DNA of 64,000 nucleotides, taken from assembly GCA_965215565.1 (NCBI GenBank), contig CBDCDZ010000004.1, forward strand, positions 2,912,001 through 2,976,000, given 5' to 3'. The DNA is from Trueperaceae bacterium (GTDB lineage Bacteria > Deinococcota > Deinococci > Deinococcales > Trueperaceae). The first letter of the stretch is position 1. The number at the start of each line of letters is the position of its first letter. The notes under the pieces are model-generated. The model was not told the DNA's origin and did no database searches. It saw nothing but the letters and a program-made list of their open reading frames with translations. The position numbers and the translations under genes are program-made. Shown in pieces: positions 59,101 to 64,000 of this stretch.

Positions 59101-59189
59101 AAAGTTCTCCTAAACTTTGGGTTCTCGTTTTCTAAGTCAGATGAAGAGCTGGAGAAGCGTTTCTCCAGCTCTGGTGTTCGCAAAGGTGT

Positions 59190-60191
59190 TTAGCGGCCGC
59201 GAGTTTGGTTGTACGAGTAGCGGATGGAGTCGCGGTAGTTGTCCCAGGAGCCTTCGTTACGCTTCTCCCAGTCGCGGCGCAAGTCGTCCTCGACCTCATT
59301 AAACTCGCGACCTTCATAGCGTGAGTCGTTCGCAGACGTGTAGCCGTAGCGGTAGGCGGGCTCAGCTTGCTCGTAGGTGCCGTCGTCCGCCGAAGCGTTT
59401 CCAAAGTGCTCTCTAAAGTCCGAATCATACGAACGGAAGTCGTCGTCGCGGTTTCTGTCCGCGCCGACCTCTTCAACGTCTACCTCGGTGCGGCGCACGG
59501 TGTCGCGGATCGTCTCGGTATGCTCGGTGACCTCTTTACCGACGCGAATCTCCTCGGTGACGCGCGTCTCCTTATCCACCACCGCCTCTTCGTCGGTCTC
59601 GGTCACTTCGATGGTGCGCTCTTGAAACAAATCACCGTCCGCGCTGCTGACTTTGCGGTCGACGCGCTCGCGCTCCACGTTGACCTCTTCGTCGCGCAAG
59701 GTCACGTCTTCGGAGACCTCTTCTTCGACAACGCGGCTACGTACGCGCACGCCGCCGCGCTCGACGCGGCGCTTACCGACGCGCAGCCGCTCCTCGGCAA
59801 CTTCGATGGTGTCGTCATCTGTCGTGCTCGAGCCCGTCGTGCGCGTATCGGCGCTCAGGTTAGCGTCTCTATCAATGTTGTCGTCGAAGTCGCGCCTGTC
59901 TTCGTAACCACCTTCGCCCGCGTAGCGGTTCATGATGTCGACGGCTTTGTCCGTGTCGCTGTCGTCCGCTCGGACGCTCACTAAGACGCCACCGTCGCGC
60001 AGCCCTTCGACGTAGTAGTCGGCGTCGTCTTTAGGAATGCCCTCATTGGTAAGCTCTTCGTGCAAGCCCGAAGCGTCGCTCTCACGGTGCATGTCGATGG
60101 TGCTGCGGCTAAAACCGTTGTCAGTTAAGTCGTCGATCACACGCTCGGCGGTGCTCGTATCGCTGTAAAGCCCAATCACTGTATTTGCCAT
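59190..60191 (-). CDS. YsnF/AvaK (DUF2382) domain protein
   Basis: EERLRVGKRRVERGGVRVRSRV, VTLRDEEVNVER. Confidence 0.88.
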   Translation of the reverse strand: MANTVIGLYSDTSTAERVIDDLTDNGFSRSTIDMHRESDASGLHEELTNEGIPKDDADYYVEGLRDGGVLVSVRADDSDTDKAVDIMNRYAGEGGYEDRRDFDDNIDRDANLSADTRTTGSSTTDDDTIEVAEERLRVGKRRVERGGVRVRSRVVEEEVSEDVTLRDEEVNVERERVDRKVSSADGDLFQERTIEVTETDEEAVVDKETRVTEEIRVGKEVTEHTETIRDTVRRTEVDVEEVGADRNRDDDFRSYDSDFREHFGNASADDGTYEQAEPAYRYGYTSANDSRYEGREFNEVEDDLRRDWEKRNEGSWDNYRDSIRYSYNQTRGR

Positions 60192-60260
60192 GCTGTCTCC
60201 TTCAAGTAACTGCAGGTTGGTGTGTAAATTGGTGTGTATCTATCTGTGTTATTTCGTCTT

Positions 60261-60884
60261 CTACTCGCTTTCGGTGTGTCTCACCCCCTCATTGGGTTCC
60301 AAGCGCTCGACGGCGGCGCTCTCGCGGCGCAGCGTCACGCGCTGCGGCTCCCGCCTCTCTACGCGCTGCTTGGTCACGTGTAACTCCTCGGTAAGCACGA
60401 GGCGCTTCTCCACAACGAGCACCTCTTCGTAGAGCGGGATAATAGTTGTATCGCCTTCGGAGCGGATGGGCTCAGGCGCGTCCACAACTCTGTCCACTCG
60501 GACGCGCTGCACGTCAACTTCTTCACTAAAGAGCGGCTCGTCGACGACTCGCTCCTCTTCGTGAACCTCTTTCGTGACGCGCACCGTGGCTCCGTCCACC
60601 TTGCGCTTATGCACCCTCAGTTGCTCTTCAGCAACGGGAATCACTGTCTTGTTTAGGGACTCACGCGAGCTGTCCAAACCAGGTGGCGCGTCGGCTGAAG
60701 CCTCTAACTCGCTGAGCTTGAGCAGCAAGTAGTAGTCGCCGGTATGTTGCTTGACGAGCGCGTCCTCGGGCAAAGAGAATGTCTGACCGTCCTCTAAACG
60801 GATAAACTGCTGCCCCTCGCGCTGCGAGAGCAGTTCCGCTCTAGCGCGCCTCCCCTCTAAATCAGTGAGCGTGACGAAATCCAC
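60261..60884 (-). CDS. YsnF/AvaK (DUF2382) domain protein
   Basis: IPVAEEQLRVHKR, IPLYEEVLVVEKRL, VTLRRE. Confidence 0.85.
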   Translation of the reverse strand: MDFVTLTDLEGRRARAELLSQREGQQFIRLEDGQTFSLPEDALVKQHTGDYYLLLKLSELEASADAPPGLDSSRESLNKTVIPVAEEQLRVHKRKVDGATVRVTKEVHEEERVVDEPLFSEEVDVQRVRVDRVVDAPEPIRSEGDTTIIPLYEEVLVVEKRLVLTEELHVTKQRVERREPQRVTLRRESAAVERLEPNEGVRHTESE

Positions 60885-60912
60885 GCTGCCCCCTTTCGCG
60901 TTAGAAGTAGCG

Positions 60913-61080
60913 CTAAAAGATGAGGATGAGTGCGATGATCACGACTGCTAGAATGATGAGCCCTATGACCCAGCTCGGAATTCCGCCGCTCTTCTGCTCG
61001 GCGGCGGGCTCGGTAACCGTGCTCGTCTTCGTTGCATCGTCGTAAACGCCCACTTTCGGTTTGTTCGGATCGTCTGCCAT
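60913..61080 (-). CDS. Small protein with C-terminal TM anchor (55 aa)
   Basis: MADDPNKPKVGVYDD...WVIGLIILAVVIIALILIF; AGGGGG RBS. Confidence 0.65.
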   Translation of the reverse strand: MADDPNKPKVGVYDDATKTSTVTEPAAEQKSGGIPSWVIGLIILAVVIIALILIF

Positions 61081-61464
61081 GGTGCCCCCTTCGGTTAAGG
61101 CGTACGCTCTTTTGCCCCACGTACTACTTAACGTTTTCCGTGCGAGACCTGCTGCGAAGTTCACCGCGTCTGCTCCGAACTTCGCAGGTCTCGATTTGTC
61201 TAATATGACACAAAGCCGAACAAATGAAGTGTAGGGTTTCATTCGGTAAAAAAAGACTAATTCTAGCTTTTGAAGACTAAATTTATATTATTTCTGCCGA
61301 ATTCAACCACGCTTGTTGGGTAGATTTCAAAAAAATTGTGGTATTGAATAGTACAGTGGGGTCGAGCTAGGGGTTGAACCAGATGGTCCAACCTAGTCCC
61401 TGCACTATCATTTATCTCTACTGCAAATGACCACAACGCTTTTGAGCTAGGGGAGCGATTCACA

Positions 61465-62940
61465 GTGACTCGAGTGCTACCGAACGTACCCAACATATCT
61501 GAGCCCAACATACCTGACGATTCTTACGGCGCGCTCATCGACGGCTTAGGCGAAGGCGTTTTGACGCTCACGCGAGAGGGAACCTTTCACTACGCCAACC
61601 ACGCCGCACTCGCTATGCACGGCGTCAAAGCGTTAGCCGACTTGGGTGGTGACGTCGCGGGCTACCGCGAGAGGTTCCGGCTCATCGACTTGGAGGACGT
61701 CCCGCTGCCCTCGGGCGGCTACCCGGCGGACAAACTTCTGCGCGGGGAGAGTTTGGAAGGGCTCGAGGCCAGCGTCTTCTCGAGCAACTCGGGCGAAGGG
61801 AGAGACTGGGTTCACCTCTACCGGGGCGTTCCGCTGAGCGAAGACCGGACCTACGCCGCCCTTTTCATCCAGAACGTTACCGCTAAACACGACGCTGAGC
61901 GCCGCTTCGAGCGGGCGTTCTCTTCGAACCCTGCGCCCGCTATCATCAGCCGCTTATCCGACTTACGCTACATCAAAGTGGACCGTAGCTTTTTAGAGAT
62001 GACGGGGTTCAAGCGCGAAGAGGTTGTCGGGCGCACCGCGTATGAGTTCGACGCTTTCGCAGGTGCCGAGGACCGCGAACGCCTCCTTGAGCGCTTTCAC
62101 AAGGGCGAAATGATCAAACCCGTCGAGTCCTACCTTACGGCGCAAGACGGCAACAAAAAGTTCGTCATCGTGGGCGGGCAGCCCCTGGAGATCAACGACG
62201 AGCCTTGTATGCTCCTGACATTCACTGACATCGACGAACGTAAGCGCATGGAGAACGCGCTGCGGCAGAGCGAGGAGCGCTTCTCCAAAACATTCAACTC
62301 CGCGCCCGTTGCCGCCGCGCTCAGCTTTTTGGGCGAAGACCGTTTTATGGACGTCAACAACGCCTTTAGGAAGCTCACGGGCTACGGCGACGAGGACGTA
62401 ATGGGTCGCACTGGCGCGGAGCTAGGGCTCTGGTCCAAGAGCAGCGAAGAGGTCATGGCGAAGGCTTTGGAGCAGCGCCGCAGCTACCGCGACGTGGAGA
62501 TCAGCTTCAGCACCAAAAAGGGCGACGAATACACCGTGCAGGTGAGCGCTGAAACGCTCATGGTTGACGAACAGGTGTGCGTGCTGCGCATGTTTCACGA
62601 CGTGTCCGACTGGAAGCGCACCGAGGCGGAACTCATCGACGCCATCGATCAGGTCATGGGCAACTCGAGCTGGTTTAGCACCTCTGTGGTGCAAAGGATC
62701 ATGGACACGCGCGGCAAGGTCTCGTCTGAAGCGAAGACCAAGCTCGCTCAGCTCACCAAGCGTGAGCAGCAGACGTTCACGCTCTCGGCGAGAGGGCTGG
62801 ACAACGACGCCATAGCCGGAGAGCTAAACGTCGCGAAAAACACGGTGCGCAACTACGTGGCGAGCCTGTACAAAAAGCTGGGGGTCCATTCGAGGGCGGA
62901 ACTCATGGTTTGGGCGAAGCGCAACGGAGTAGCGAGTTGA
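61465..62940 (+). CDS. Multi-PAS sensor with C-terminal LuxR HTH (one-component regulator)
   Basis: Three PAS-like repeats, LTKREQQ...NTVRNYVASLYKKLGVHSR. Confidence 0.88.
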   Translation: MTRVLPNVPNISEPNIPDDSYGALIDGLGEGVLTLTREGTFHYANHAALAMHGVKALADLGGDVAGYRERFRLIDLEDVPLPSGGYPADKLLRGESLEGLEASVFSSNSGEGRDWVHLYRGVPLSEDRTYAALFIQNVTAKHDAERRFERAFSSNPAPAIISRLSDLRYIKVDRSFLEMTGFKREEVVGRTAYEFDAFAGAEDRERLLERFHKGEMIKPVESYLTAQDGNKKFVIVGGQPLEINDEPCMLLTFTDIDERKRMENALRQSEERFSKTFNSAPVAAALSFLGEDRFMDVNNAFRKLTGYGDEDVMGRTGAELGLWSKSSEEVMAKALEQRRSYRDVEISFSTKKGDEYTVQVSAETLMVDEQVCVLRMFHDVSDWKRTEAELIDAIDQVMGNSSWFSTSVVQRIMDTRGKVSSEAKTKLAQLTKREQQTFTLSARGLDNDAIAGELNVAKNTVRNYVASLYKKLGVHSRAELMVWAKRNGVAS

Positions 62941-63008
62941 GCATGTGAGAAGCTGCGTAAAAAGAGCTGAGCAAAAGCTTTTCTATTCGTCCCTTCTAAA
63001 GCCAACAA

Positions 63009-63347
63009 ATGCACGCCCCCACGTTCCGCAACTGCTACCATGAGGTGGTGGACGCCAAACACCCTTTATGGACCTACTTTAGAGAGGTCCGCGCCGCCGT
63101 CAACGCCGCCAATCAGGGGCGCGCCTCACAGCCCTACGCGAGCGGTACCTTCATGGTCTGCGCGCTGGCTGACGACATCGAACTCACCATCTCGGACGTG
63201 TCCGAAGAGGACGCGGTCCTCATCGCCTCAGAACTGGAGGCGATGGGCGTCACGTCGGTTGTGCGCGGCAGCGTGATCTGCTCGCACTGCAAGGGGCGCG
63301 TCCCACAACAAGCGTACTGTGTGCAGTGCCGGGAGAAACTAGGGTAG
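63009..63347 (+). CDS. Hypothetical protein with C-terminal zinc ribbon
   Basis: CSHC...CVQC. Confidence 0.6.
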   Translation: MHAPTFRNCYHEVVDAKHPLWTYFREVRAAVNAANQGRASQPYASGTFMVCALADDIELTISDVSEEDAVLIASELEAMGVTSVVRGSVICSHCKGRVPQQAYCVQCREKLG

Positions 63348-63643
63348 TAGCCAGCATTCGGGAGTCAAAAGGCAGTATGAAGATATCTCTGAATGGTAGT
63401 GACTCTACCTGGAATAACGCCAGGGTCAAAGCAAGGGGTTTCAACCCCTTGTCCATCTTGTAGAGACGGCAGAAGAAAAACACGGCAGCGTTCGACTCAG
63501 AACTATCCTCTAAATACCAACTACTGACTGTCATGATTTTGACAAAAAATCCCTCGAGAGTTCTGTATGCCGCACTCGCTGGTGTATAGTCTGATAACAA
63601 TCATAGAAGCTGAAACGCACATCCTAACCTCTAAAGGAGCGCT

Positions 63644-64000
63644 ATGAACCTCGCCATTATCACCGACTCGACGTGCGACTTGCCCGCCGAAAAACTCAAA
63701 GCTTTAGGCGTGGAGCGCGTGCCGCTCTACGTGAACTTTAAGGGAGGGGTCTTTAAAGACTGGCTCGAGATAGGACCTAAGGAGATCGCCGAGGGTGTCG
63801 AAGGGGGCGCGGACATGCCCACGACGAGCCAACCCTCGCCCCAAGACTTCACGGACGCCTATCAGGAGGCTATCCAGAACGGCGCAGATGAGATTCTTTG
63901 TATCACCATCTCGTCTGCGCTGTCCGGGACGTACCAGTCGGCGAACGTCGCCAAGGAGAGCGTGGACGCGAATGTCCACGTCTTCGACTCGCAAGCGGCG
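63644..64000 (+). CDS. DegV family lipid-binding protein (runs off the window end)
   Basis: IITDSTCDL, TTSQPS, ISSALSGTYQSA; AAGGAG RBS. Confidence 0.9.
   Translation, partial: MNLAIITDSTCDLPAEKLKALGVERVPLYVNFKGGVFKDWLEIGPKEIAEGVEGGADMPTTSQPSPQDFTDAYQEAIQNGADEILCITISSALSGTYQSANVAKESVDANVHVFDSQAA

Noticed and set aside
59145..59172. Perfect hairpin AGAGCTGGAGAA/TTCTCCAGCTCT as a new repeat
   Set aside because: Single copy; most simply an intra-operon stabiliser or weak terminator.

Overview
GC-rich (about 60% by eye) bacterial chromosomal window, most likely Deinococcota (Truepera-like). That is inferred from gene content and from TAnnnT -10 boxes sitting 5-8 nt before many start codons, i.e. 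leaderless genes. Housekeeping genes: folK/folB/folP/folC, pyrE, trpS, hemH, mutM, hisA, sdhCDAB, gatA, an M16 peptidase pair, and a MacAB/TolC-like exporter. Accessory content: a MazF-type toxin-antitoxin pair, an orphan Dam-family methyltransferase, a disrupted low-GC gene with a HEPN-like motif, a three-gene cluster (unknown protein, DarB/StlD-like ketosynthase, flavin monooxygenase), and a probable stress cluster (2x YihY, DUF389, Pmp3, 2x YsnF/DUF2382, PAS-LuxR). The most striking unannotated signals are: (i) a dispersed structured intergenic element TAGCAGGTATCATC...GATGATACCTGC...GAACTGCTA in at least 8 copies, with compensatory and G-U changes; (ii) two further palindromic repeat families; (iii) strong over-representation of CTCGAG; (iv) a ferrochelatase closely resembling the animal mitochondrial [2Fe-2S] type; (v) a folK with no canonical start codon. 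I recognised no tRNA, rRNA, CRISPR array or intact transposase. All family assignments are from motif recognition by eye, not from database searches.
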